64,000 nucleotides of DNA. It comes from Spironucleus salmonicida (Eukaryota). The notes under the pieces were generated by a model. That model made no database searches and had not been told where the DNA came from. It worked only from the letters and a program-made list of their open reading frames with translations. How positions within the stretch are numbered: the stretch's first letter is position 1; every line of letters starts with the position of its first letter. The stretch lies in the NCBI RefSeq assembly GCF_000497125.1, contig NC_090602.1, positions 1,426,001 through 1,490,000 of the forward strand, read 5' to 3'. The position numbers and the translations under genes are program-made. This document shows, one piece after another, positions 39,002 to 51,373 of this stretch.

Positions 39002-40285
39002 TCATTCAATATTATTAACCCTAAAACCACCTGCATTTCCATCTTCAAATATATCATCCACTGGTACATCGAGTATATCTGAGAATTCTTTACATACGCT
39101 AGAAACAAGTCGTTTTGCATCTTTAGAGGAAGGTTTTTCATCTGCAGTAATCATCTTATCAACTTCTTATAGTTCTACCATTTCAATCTGCTACTTGATA
39201 TCTTATAATTATTCATTAATTTCATCATTAAACTAAAATTTATCATAAATGTTTGAGCATGTATTAATCCAATCATCTGCATAAACCATATAATCTAACT
39301 ATTATCCCCAATCTTCTAGTTCTGCATAATCATCTAAAGTTCCCAAACCCAATTTTTCCATTATAAACTTTTTTCTAGATTCTTGCTACCATTTTAGTCT
39401 TCTTTATTTTTTACATAATTCTACCTAAGCTTTAGTTGCTGCTGGCCTGGGTACAGCTTTAGACTTTAAAAAAATTATATCCTCTTTGCCATCAATGGGC
39501 GTCCATGGTTGATTTGTAACCCTAATGTACCACAATCTTTTATCAATTACACCGGTTTCTCTTTCTATAGCATAATTCCTTGGTGCAGTTACAGAAACAT
39601 CAGTAACAGATTATCCGACTAGAAAAATTTTATAATATATTTTAGGTAGAAATTAACCGTCACAGCTTCCAAGCCTAAACTTTAACGTAAAAGGAGTTTG
39701 AAATGAATCTAATAATGAATATTAAGAATAATCTAACAATTTCATAAGAGATAATGGGTTAGTCTATTAGGAATCTGATAATCTAAATATGGACTATTTA
39801 ACTAATATAAAATAATTTCTATAAATAATTCCTTTCATCATTCGCTACAATCTTTTCACTTTAACTAAAAATATATATTCATTTTAACTAACTGGTGATT
39901 TCTTATATGCATTAAAAATAACAGAAGCTGCGTTAACGTAGATCGGCTGACTAGATTGATAATATTTAAGATAAACTTATGATTGTATATATTTTTATAA
40001 AATTATTCTACCACAATAATCTCTAAATGCTACATTTCTAAATTCAGGTTATGAGTTAATTATAGGTTCTTTATACTTTACTTCATAGAATGTAACGAAT
40101 TTTTTAATTAATTTCATTCTGGGTGTTTCTTCTATCTCATAAGATGAATCATTCTATTTATAAAGCTTATTTAAATAAATTTTATTTTTAACACATCTTT
40201 TAATAATAAATATTGACATGGAGTACTACAAAAACTAATGGCTCCTCTTCCTTCTAAGTTTTCTTAGTAGTTATATTTCTAACAT
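39002..40285 (-). CDS. IQ-motif protein, C11orf65/MFI homologue (427 aa)
   Basis: IQ-like VKRLQRMMKGIIYR; LKFRLGSCDGQFLPKIYYKIF, APRNYA, LWYIRVTNQPWTPI, RLKWQQ, EDWGQQLDYMVYADDW. The start could also be 40219. Confidence 0.75.
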
Positions 40286-40346
40286 TTTTGCGATGTTAAT
40301 AATTTCAATATAATATATTTAATATACATCATTCCTTATTATTTTC

Positions 40347-42440
40347 TCATTCGCTTTTAAATTCCATTATGAGCGATTAAACATAACTTTGTATCTATTA
40401 ATAACTAAATTCTACAAAAAGATTATCTTACCAATAGCCTATTATTTCCTTAATAGCTACTATTTCCTTGAATTTAGTTGGTACCATTGTATTTTATATG
40501 TCAGATCCTGATTAGAGCAACTATTCTTTGATTAAGGTCAGCCTATACTTTTATAGATGATTTCCTATAATAATAGGGCTCAAATTCCACTCTGAAGGCA
40601 TATATCTTTAGATTGAGACTGGTTTTACTTTTTGGATGCCTAAAGCAGTTGCTACGACAGCAAAACATTAGGATTTAAGAGAATTCCATTAAAATGAAGA
40701 TTTATTGAGTATTTCTTCATCTAGATGATATTATTTGCGGCAGGATGGTAGGTTTTTAAATTATGAAGAAATAATTATACCAGAAAGATTGTAGGCTTCA
40801 GTAAAGTTAGTAAATATATATTCTAGGTCTATATAGTGTTCTCCTCTCACTTAAACTGTTGTAGTTTAACTTAATAACTATTAGCTGTAGGAATCATAAT
40901 CATCCATCATAATAAATATTTCAAATATAGTATATAATAATCATTTAATTTGCTTTTCCAACTTAGCTACTTTCGAATTTAAATCATCTACTTTCATAAT
41001 AACTTCTTAATATTAAATCGAAATTAGATCTAATTTATTTGTTAATTTTTGCTCTAAAAGTTATAGAAACCTTTTAATTTCTAACAAATCATGAGATTAT
41101 TCCGGTTACTATTCAATTTCAACAGTCTGAATTGATTATATTTAGCATAAACTTTTCTCTGTTTATGTTGACTGTTATTATACTTATTCTTTCAATAGTT
41201 CTTTTTAGTTACTTAAAAGCAATTTTGCGGACTCCTTAGAAAATAATATTTCATTTCTTATTTCACTTTCATTGGAAAATTCTACATATTTTTACTATTC
41301 TATACATACTGATTATATTAATTTTTCCTAAACTATTAAACTATCAATAGAATTTTCAGAATTTTCTTTTTATTATTAAATTAAACCGGTTTGTACTAAC
41401 TATAATGGATATTAAATTTTAATCCTTTTATTCTCTTTTAATAAAAACAATACACTTTTATCATCTTAAAAAATTATTCTAGAATTATTTTTAGTCTCAA
41501 TTTCATTCAGTAACCAATTTCTTAGTATACATAAGCTTTTGAGAGATTTAATTAAAATTTAATTAATTCTTTTTACGTGATCTGGCAAACTTGATTTAAT
41601 CCCACATTAAACTGCTATCTTTTCTATTGAACTTGATATAATAAGACCTGATATTTCAAAATTACAAGTGCACACCTATGGAATTTTCAAATGAGTTATA
41701 AGTTATATCAATGAATCTGAACTATAGTTTTATTTTATATAACTACTAAATTAATCCAAAGCTTTAAAAACATCTGCACTAGACAGACAATTGTTTTATG
41801 GCTAGTAAATTTGATTAAAAAGTGTGCAAAATATATCCTGCTCTTATTTTATAAAGATCATATGTGGTGTTACTTTCTGTGTCGTCAAGAATTCAAATTC
41901 AATAGGATTTTTTGGTTAAAAATGATCTATTGATTCTATTAATGGTATTTCGTATTCAGTAAATTACGATAAAAATTAACATAAATGATGAACTAAATTC
42001 AATATTAAGGAGTCGTTACGATAGGTGCTGTTAAGATGATAAATAGTTATAATCTTTTCCTTCTACCTAGATGTAAAAAAAATATTTGCTATCTCATCTA
42101 GAGGCTAATAATATTCAAATCCACAATAAAATTTAAATTATAATGATGCAGAGATGTTCATTTTAATAAATGAAAATATTGTTATTCTGGAATCAGTTGG
42201 CATGCTTTAGTTAAGTTGTTTAGAAACTACATTGAAATATTCTTTAACACGCAAAAAATTATAAAAATGAAATTTAAATCCACAAATCTATGATAACTTT
42301 TAGAAATACTCATCTATAGTATTAATAGTTACTAAACTATCAAAGTATTTTAATTATTAACTTTTAGATACAATACTGGAGTTATTTTTTAACTAACGAG
42401 GAGATTATTCATATTTTTAATTTTTAATATATTCTGTCAT
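40347..42440 (-). CDS. Hypothetical protein (697 aa)
   Basis: MTEYIKNQKYEQSPRQLK...LIMEFKSE*. Start and stop in frame; shares a divergent spacer with GPN1. Confidence 0.7.
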
Positions 42441-42520
42441 TTTTTAAATACATTTAAATTTTTTATATATAGAAAATGTTATATTATTAAATTAACGTTG
42501 ACTATTGTACCCACTTTAAA

Positions 42521-43426
42521 ATGACATGTAATATTATTATTGGTATGGCCGGTTCTGGAAAGACAACATTAGTATCATAAATTGTATAGCGTGAGAAAGC
42601 ATATGTTATTAATTTAGATCCTGCTGTTTAAACTTTGCCATACTAACCGAATATTGATATTCGAGATGCAATAAATTATTAATAATTACAATAAACACAT
42701 TAACTTGGACCAAATGGTGCAATATTAACTGCACTTTCTTTGTATGCAGCAAGAGCTCCGTAATTAATTACGCTATGCAAGAATGCTATTTCTGAAGGAT
42801 ATGAATAAATAGTGGTAGATGCTCCAGGATAAATTGAAGTTTTTGCATGGTCAGCGTCAGGTGAAATTATCATTTCTCTATTTCGAGAAACTTTTCCTAC
42901 TGCTGTTATATACTTAGGCGATGGTAAAAGGGCTGCATTGCCTAATAATTTTGTATCTGGTATGCTTTATTTCTTAAGTATAAAGTAAAGACTTCAGTTA
43001 GAAGGATAAATGCTAATTTGTTACAATAAAATTGACTTATTGGAAAAATAAGATTTAGCTAGACTTTAAAGCTATTATTAAGATTCAATAGCTCTTTACG
43101 ACGCATTTGACGATTCAAATTTAATGGATCAGAATGACTTCTCATCTCCATTTCTAGAACAAATTGTAACTAATTTAGACGAATATTGGCTTAATGAATA
43201 ATTCTGCACCATATCCTGCTTATCTGGAGAAGGCTATGCAGATATGATGGATAAATGCAAAAATATCCAAACTATATCCCAAAAGAATATGGACGATTTA
43301 AAGTAATAGGTAGGCCTCGAAAAGTTCAATCAGATTAAGGAATCTTTTGCAACACTGAAAATTGACCTCAATGAGGAACACCAGTAAGAAATCGAAGACT
43401 AAGACAATCTTGATGGGGTTGACTGA
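42521..43426 (+). CDS. GPN1: GPN-loop GTPase 1 (XAB1/Npa3), 301 aa
   Basis: IGMAGSGKTT, YVINLDPAV, IDIRD, LGPNGAILT, DAPGQIEVFAWSASG, NKID, acidic tail. Confidence 0.96.
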
Positions 43427-43439
43427 AATAATTCAAAAT

Positions 43440-45500
43440 TCACTATAATACCAACACGCAGATCCCGTTCCCCAAAATTGCAATACCCCGCTCTATTTTA
43501 ACCATCTAATGTATTTGGTAAATAGGCACTTAAACGACTTGCTAAAGTTTCCCTTTCTCATAAATTTTAACTTTGCGATCCCAACCGACCAAATACTCGA
43601 AATCTCCTTCGCGCAAGCATGTAAGAACTCCAGAAATTGCCCCAAAACCAACGCCAGAATCGTACGCAAATAGGCCTTTTGACGTGCAGTGAACAACGGT
43701 GTCTTTGGCTAGAATAGTTGTAGAAATGACTAGATCTTATACCAAATTTTCGCAGTTTTTAACTTGCTGGAAAGTTGATTTGATAGTTTCTAAGTTAGAA
43801 ATTTATAATAATCTAAAATCAATAACGAATTAGACAACTCCGCGAGAGCCTGATACTATCAAGCTCTCGTTATGAAGCTCTATGAAAAATATAGAAAAAT
43901 CTACTTATAGGAAGGAAATTAAGTGAAATTCCTTTTATTTAAACAAATATATGAAAATCTTTCCTGTAGAATCACCTGCTGCGAAAACAGGAAATTCTCC
44001 AGATAATATCGTGCAAAGAGCATTATATTTCATGTTTGCAGTAAGTCTTTTAAATTTTGAACAGCTTTTTGATTGAAATAACAGGATCCCATCTTAATAG
44101 GTAAATAGAAATACGTAAAGTTGGTTTTAGCAGCATCCTACTGCAATTTGGATGGTCTAGTCTGTACTATTTAACAGTGTAATTGATTTTATACTAGTAT
44201 GCAAATTTAAATGAAAAATTAACTTTAAATTAGAATTGTAAACTTATAAATTACCATCTTCTGAGCCAGTAAATAATAACTATGTGTATTTTGAGTAACA
44301 CCCCGAGTTTATTTCTTTATCTGCTAACTATTGGCTTTAAATAACCTTTACCTTTTAATATAGATTTGTTATCTATAGAATCGTATTATCAAGAAAATGG
44401 CAATTTACTCGATTTTATTACGCTTAAATATTGATCTAATTCTTAATTCTTATCCCTTAAATGAATTCTTCTTTAATTAAAAATAAAACTATAGTACCGA
44501 ATTCTTCTAAGTGAACTTGATAAAGTTTAACCGTTTTATTAAACTCTAGCAGATAAATGGTGTCTTTAAATACAAACAAACCACTATTTTATGATGTTTA
44601 TTATAATTAAAGAAAATTATTTTTGTATGATGAAATTGATCCATTTTTATGCAGGCAAATGATGTCTTCATTAAAGTGGATTGCATTAATAACAGTTTGT
44701 TGCTTTGGTAAAGTTATAGTCGCGTTTTTTGTCTTAATAATACCATTTTTGTAAAATTCTACATTGTTTACTGTGAAACATTACGGTTACTGTTGAAAAT
44801 TAATATTCTATTATAAATCAGTTTTAATTGTTTCAAAATTTATTAACTGTTATTGATTTTAAATTTACAGTATTGCACCATTATTTTATATTATAACATT
44901 ATCTGTAATTTTACGAATTCCAGCTTTATAAAGTTGAATCTCACCAAAATTTTAATCGAAAAAATTTCCATTTTCGCTACCTGCTGAAAAATCAGTGATA
45001 CTGAATGTTCTTGACTTAAATATATGACATGAATCAGTAAATGTAGCTATTTTTCCAGACGAAAAATTATTCTTATGAATACAAAATACTGGATAAGATG
45101 GTGCACGTATCTATTTATTATCATCTCCATATATAGTACTACCTGATCCTCCAAATTTACCATCTCCATAACTAAAAGCTGTACCAAATTTTTATCTGGC
45201 CGAAACTAAATTAGGATAAATCGATAGAGGGAGAGTGTTAACTTAAGCATACTTAACCGTCTATTATATTAAATCAAATTCTAGAACTTGATATTATCCA
45301 GCTAAATAAAACACATTATTATGTTTTTGAAATGCTTTTAAAATATGAGTAAACTAATCAAATATAGGAGAAATTTTTTTAATTTGATGACAATTATTAA
45401 TATCTATCTGCATTATTTATCGTGATTGATAGTAATATACAAGGTCCCCTTCTTTTAATAAATGACTGGTTGGAATTAACTCTATAGAATATTTAAGCAT
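43440..45500 (-). CDS. WD40-repeat / beta-propeller protein (686 aa)
   Basis: LLFTGSEDGNLQVYN, FAAGDSTGKIFIY, YLVGWDRKVKIYE; ends TAG TGA. Confidence 0.75.
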
Positions 45501-45719
45501 GACAAGGAGTGGTATATTCTAAATATTATATATGTTTAATTGTTTTATATAGCCGCTAATATATATAGAATAATCTTAATTATTAAAAGAAAAACATTAT
45601 ATTTTGTTCTGAATTTTAATTTTATCACTTTCTTTTAATTAATATTAGTTTTTTCAAATATACTGTTAATTATAAATATATAATAATAAGATTATATTTA
45701 CACTCCTAATCCATATAAA

Positions 45720-47309
45720 ATGGATATAAAAGAGCCGTCAGTGCATGCGTCAGCACGTTCGCGCTCTTAAACAGCACGTTCAGCTGTCTCAGCATAGCAA
45801 ACAATTGAATCTGTAACCATGAAAATTACTATAGACCCAGTTAATCTTCTCTTAAGAAAGGAAACATTCCCAATGTTGTTCACCTACGTTTTAGATATGT
45901 TAGTTATGGCATTTTAAATGTATATTGTATGGCACTATATCGGTGCAGCAGGTGTTGCTTAATTATCATGCTGCTATCCAATCTGTTATTTTGTCTCATA
46001 GGGTGTTCCTCGTGCAATTGCATAAGGCGCAGTATCAACGCTCACCAAAAACATTGCTGACAATAAAATCAAAGATGCCGATAAAACAGTCATTTATTGT
46101 TTTGTTATCCAGTTTATTTATCTTATTATTGCCTTATTTTTGGCATTCTTCCTTTCAATTTCTTTCTCCCAAGTTGCTGGACTCGCAGATACTGATACTA
46201 ACTATGCCGCCGGATACATTCCAATAATCTGTACACTTGGAACCCTCTTTGGAATTTTCAATTAAGCGACCATAGGTCTCTTATTAGCAGAAAATAAATT
46301 CGTTATAAATATGATCAGATCTGTAGCTTCATCTCTTTTAACTCTGCTTTTCCAACTTATTTCTTATTAATATTCATTGGCTCAGGATTCTAAAATTTCA
46401 TTAACTTAGCTTGCAATCGGTTAGGTTATTGGTTAATTCTTTCCTGCTGCGATCATGGCCGTTTATTATTAAGATTTCAAGCCTGTTTCATTTTAAGGTG
46501 TTATTAAAGCAAAACTAAGCTTATTGAAATTCGCAAATTTCGGTGAAATCGGATAAATTGCACTCATGGCAGCACCTAAAATTTCACAATTTGGTTCATC
46601 AAGTATTTTATAGTTATCATGTAATATTGTTGTTACCTTAACTTTCACAGAAGCCTCTGATATTGAAGTTGCACGGATTGGACTATTTGTTTATTGGCTC
46701 TTTTTCATGTTATTTGGATTTGTTATGCAATCTTATATTTATATATCTTAAGCTGCATTAGGCCTGAATTTAATTCTCAAAAAATATATTCGTACTAAAG
46801 ATATTTTAATGTAATCTCTAATTTGGAGTATTATTTTGCAAGGAATAATGTTGATTTTAGGCTTTGTTATGGCCTCTCAGATTGTAGGATTTTTTATTCC
46901 TGCAAGTTAGTAATAGTCTAAAGATTTCTTCCTTCTCTATGGCAAATTATATATAGAAAATGCACCATTATTACCAATTATCCTTATTCCGTATCAATTC
47001 TGTTAAGCACTTTATTCTATTGAAAATAATTGGAAAATGAATTTATTAATCAATCTCATGCATCCAGTTATTGGAATTGTTACTTTATTGACTATTTAAT
47101 TCACTGTTGGCGATCGTGCAGATCTTTATTACGTCCAATTCTATGCAGACTTATTCTCAGGATTTGCTGCTTTGGTATTATTAGCCAGAAAGCTTTTCGA
47201 AGTCATGTAACTTGCTAAAATCGAACTTAAACGTCTTAAGAAGATGAAAAAAAAGATGGAAGAAGAAGGTTTAGCCCCTCACGAAGACGAAATCGACAAG
47301 ATGGATTGA
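45720..47309 (+). CDS. MATE-family efflux transporter (529 aa)
   Basis: Many TM segments arranged in two halves; PMLFTYVLDML...YIGAAGVAQLSCCYPICYF...AIAQGAVSTL is typical of the MATE N-lobe. Confidence 0.8.
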
Positions 47310-47322
47310 GTTATAAATTTAG

Positions 47323-47574
47323 TCACTTAGAATGTTATTATAATTTAAATATTGCCTTTCTAAAAGCTTCAATAGAGTTAATTTATACATGTGTTGCAGC
47401 AGACAAGATTTTGTAGATTTATTCTATTTCGTTTATAGTTTCTTGATGTTTTTTGGATAGTTCATCATATTGCTCTTATTAATGTTTCAAATCATTGAAA
47501 ATAGAATTATTTTCTATAGAGAACTTGAGCTTGTGCTGATTTTATTGTGCCTCATTGGTCATGCATTTTTTCAT
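47323..47574 (-). CDS. Small coiled-coil protein (83 aa)
   Basis: MKKCMTNEAQQNQHKLKF...LQQHSK*; ends AAG TGA; start could be 47562. Confidence 0.55.
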
Positions 47575-47597
47575 TCCAAGTATAATAACAATAATAT

Positions 47598-48182
47598 TCA
47601 CTTAATAGTACTTTTTAATTAAATCATCAGTTTTTCCAGCTTCTATTCAAGGATGCCTACTTTTTACTCTGTAACGTCCTTAATCATTGATTCTAATATT
47701 GTTTAGTTTTGGTACATCTGCTTTTGAGCTTTAGACTATTTAGTAATCTTAGCCTCTATGTCTTAAGACATACATCTTTTGATTTCTTCAATATCACGCC
47801 TTTATGACTATTATTCATCAATTATTTAGTTCAATTACGATTAAATTTTGATCATGATATTAGTATCCTCATCTGAGCTAGTTTTTTAAAATGAACCCTT
47901 TCGTGAAATAGGTTCAATTTCAGTTTTTTCATATTCATTATGATATCCAATCTAAAGGTCATATAGACTATCATTATCTGCCTCAGCTTCTGATTCTGGT
48001 ATATTTGCGTACTCTTTATATTTTTCCTAAGACGGAAAAAACTATTCTAAGTCTGTCACAGATTCTTAGCTTTTATGTACCAAATCTTTAGGTAAACTAT
48101 TTAGTAAATTTACATCGTTCTGCTACATCTTAGATGATGAAGGGCGTTTAATTGCTGATTTAAATGGTGCTTTACCTTACAT
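47598..48182 (-). CDS. Hypothetical protein, low-complexity plus coiled coil (194 aa)
   Basis: MQGKAPFKSAIKRPSSSK...LEKLMIQLKSTIK*; ends AAG TGA. Confidence 0.72.
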
Positions 48183-48212
48183 TTTAAATACATTAAATAC
48201 TTATATATAATA

Positions 48213-48650
48213 TCACTCAAAATACTTTTGCAACACTTGAAGTCGCTAGGTTTTCAATAATTTTAAATTAATAGTATTTACACATTATCTTAGCGGCTAT
48301 TCATTTTTCTATTCTGAAATTGTCTTAACGAAAAAACTAACCGGTGAATTTGGAGGTTTTTACTATTTTAATGTTGCCGAAAGCTATGACTTGTGTGCTG
48401 ATTTTAATCTGCTTGATGGTATTTTAGGTAAATCTGTATCTTTGCAGAATATATCATATGATATTGTTCTATCAAAGTTGTTGTTATCATATAACGACAG
48501 AGAAAGGTTTTATGTTTTATATAATTATGGTTTTTGCTATTAATTCTATCTAAATATAGTTTATTCATCAGAAAATTATAGTGTATTTAGCCTTAACTTG
48601 TTTTTAGATCTTAATTTAGTAAAATAATCAACAAAGTCAATTTCTTTCAT
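48213..48650 (-). CDS. Hypothetical protein (145 aa)
   Basis: MKEIDFVDYFTKLRSK...VLQKYFE*; ends GAG TGA. Confidence 0.68.
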
Positions 48651-48694
48651 TATATAAATACAATTTGGCTTAAATAAATTACCATATAATAATA

Positions 48695-50281
48695 TCACTT
48701 TCTTTTTTTGAGTCGTTTTTTAAGTTATATTTGGAATACAACCATACCACCAATCGAATAAACGATTACAAAAACTAAATAAATCCCACCAATAACAAAA
48801 ACTATTATCAGAACAATAAGATAATTACTATTGACTATTTAGTCTAAGAAAACTGTTGAATAACTTTTTGTTCCCGCCGGTGATGCCCCTCTAGTTGTTA
48901 TATTAACTAGGACAGCATGACCATCAAGACTCCAGTCTATATATTGTTAGCAAGTCCAACCTAACACATTTTCTATTAAATCATCACACGTCATACAAAC
49001 TTCTGGAACAGTATTAACATTATAAGTTATATTTCTTTCAAACTTTCCAGGATAGCTTTCAGCAGCTCCAAAATTGGTCACCCAAACTTTATAAGTAACT
49101 GGATATGAAGTAGTAAATAAGCATGTATCTAAGTTTGAGCTAGGTGGGAGTCTAACACAGAACTAACCAGACTTTACTATTAGTTGTCCAGATGATGAAC
49201 AAGCTAGAGACGACTTTAAATTTGTTGCCTTTATCATACCAAGTATCGTAAAATCTTAGTAAAATATTATAAATCCTTCATATTATAATGTTTCTGTAGT
49301 TGCCATTTTAACTGTTAAATCAATACATTCCTCTGGTCCAATTGTCTAAGTAACTTTACAGGATATCCTAATAGCCTAAGAAGGTTGTAAATCATATTTA
49401 CCATAATCTCTTGAGAATTAGTAAACTGTATTATTTGATGTCTTAACTGTTATCTTATATGATACTCTATTGTATTTCTTTTGTACCATTTATTCAAAAT
49501 ATATTCTCTAATATGTCTGATTCATATTGTTTTGAAATGTTACTGCCCCACTAACAGCTAAAACCCTGACATAATTGAATACTTCCACATTCCTTGGACC
49601 AACTATGATATCCTAAAAGTCTATTATTAAACTACTTCCTGATTTTAAAATAAACTAAATCATCCCTGACAAAAAGGGCTGAATAAGGACTGATTAATCT
49701 ATGTTCATTTCTGACAAAAGTAAATTAGTTTATCCAGTAGCATAATCAAATCCTATAAAATCTTTCAGTAATCTAGTGAATTCTTACCCACCAAATGTTA
49801 TTCTAACCTTCAAAATTTATGAATCTTTGATAATATCTGCACAAAATCCAGTAGAAACAAGAGCTGCTGAGAAAGATTGTTCAAATATAGTTACCACTGG
49901 TAGTATATTAAAACAATTTTGGAGTTAAAGCTTTAAGTCTTCAAATGCACCTATCTCAATCTCAGTAAACTCTGCATAAGAAGTCATTATTACTCTTGCT
50001 GTAATAATATCGGAAGAAAACACCTTCCCTGCTGGAATGCTTAAAATAATTGAAGTAGTATTTACATAAATAAAATTTGATATATCTTATGTGAATGATA
50101 AATTTGCTGAGTCTTCATAAGTTACAGACAATCCGTCTGGTAAAATTTCACACGCTGTATTTCCAGTAGAAGCTAAAGATACAATAATCTAACTTGTAGC
50201 TGCTATATGCTGTATTTTAGAAGATATATTGTAACAACTAGTAAGATTAACAAGCTATACACCAGCTAATAAAGTTATCAT
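48695..50281 (-). CDS. Type I membrane (surface) protein with polybasic tail (528 aa)
   Basis: Short signal-like MITLLAGVQLV, repeated ectodomain units with spaced Cys, C-terminal TM, tail LKKRLKKKK*. Confidence 0.82.
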
Positions 50282-50359
50282 TTTATATTGGTTAATTGTT
50301 TATATTTAATTATGATATTATAAAAACTATTAAATAAAACTAAAATGTACCACAGTCAA

Positions 50360-51244
50360 TCAATACATACCAGACAGTTTCGTTAAGATAGATTTACAAT
50401 GTTTATAGCTTTTTTCTATCCTATCTTTCACCTATTGTTGCCCTATAAGGCTTGAGAGTATTGAAATTTCCCCTTAAGTAAATGGTACTACATCAGCAAA
50501 AAATCCTGGTACTCTCTTTTTAACTATAAGACCTAAAACTTCAGCGGCATAACCTGTGATAGCGATAACTTTAGCATCAGATAAGGCTTATGTTTCAGGA
50601 TTGAGTCTAAATTAAATATCTAATTCGGAATCATCCTAAAAAATAAAAGTTAAAGCAAATCCTGGAAAATCAGTTGGTGAAAGCTCTACATCATCATTCT
50701 GTATATAATATGCAGCAAGCTTAATATTATTTGGTGAAAATGAAGCATATTTAATGTTCGTAATTTTAGTAATGTGCTCATCCCCTGGTCCTTCAGCAAA
50801 TGAGTCAAAAGAAGTTAAGAACTCTTTTATATATTGTACATTTGTCATTCTTAATTTTTAGAAGAATTTATCGTGAATAGAAGATATTTATTAATTAAAT
50901 TGTTTTTCTGCTTCAGCACGAATTGCAGCCGTTGCTAATGTGAAACTAGTGGATAATGCTTGTGAGTCCATTGAATAGTCTAAACCATCACAATATACTC
51001 CTAAATCCACGGAAGGTTATACCTATTATTAACACTGCATTAATTTTTACAGAAGCTCCTCTGCCGTGGGAGCCTCAGAATTAGTCTATTATTAGAGTGC
51101 ATTTGCCTTGTAAGAAAAAGTCTCCAAAGATGCAGCCAAAAGTGAATTAGATGGTGCTGATGCACCTGATAATATTTAAGAGAACATATCCATTTACTTT
51201 TGTTATTCAACATCATCGTTTATTTCAAAATTAGGAAGATCCAT
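50360..51244 (-). CDS. Hypothetical protein (294 aa), possible divergent NAP-family histone chaperone
   Basis: Contains track ORF 50848; AEAEKQFNQQISSIHDKFFQKL, DEHITKITNIKY, PGFALTFIF. The ORF is solid; the family is tentative. Confidence 0.7.
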
Positions 51245-51373
51245 TAATTTAGTGGAGTGGCAATAAAATTAGTATCACATACATATAATATTTATATAAT
51301 ATATTAGTAATATGTAAAAATCCTACTTATGATACAATAATTTAATGATTATTTAATAAGTAATAATTGAAAA

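Noticed and set aside
47575-47600. Possible selenocysteine or read-through TGA joining the 48182 and 47574 ORFs
   Set aside because: The two ORFs are in different frames, the stop is a typical AG|TGA end, and there is no redox motif.
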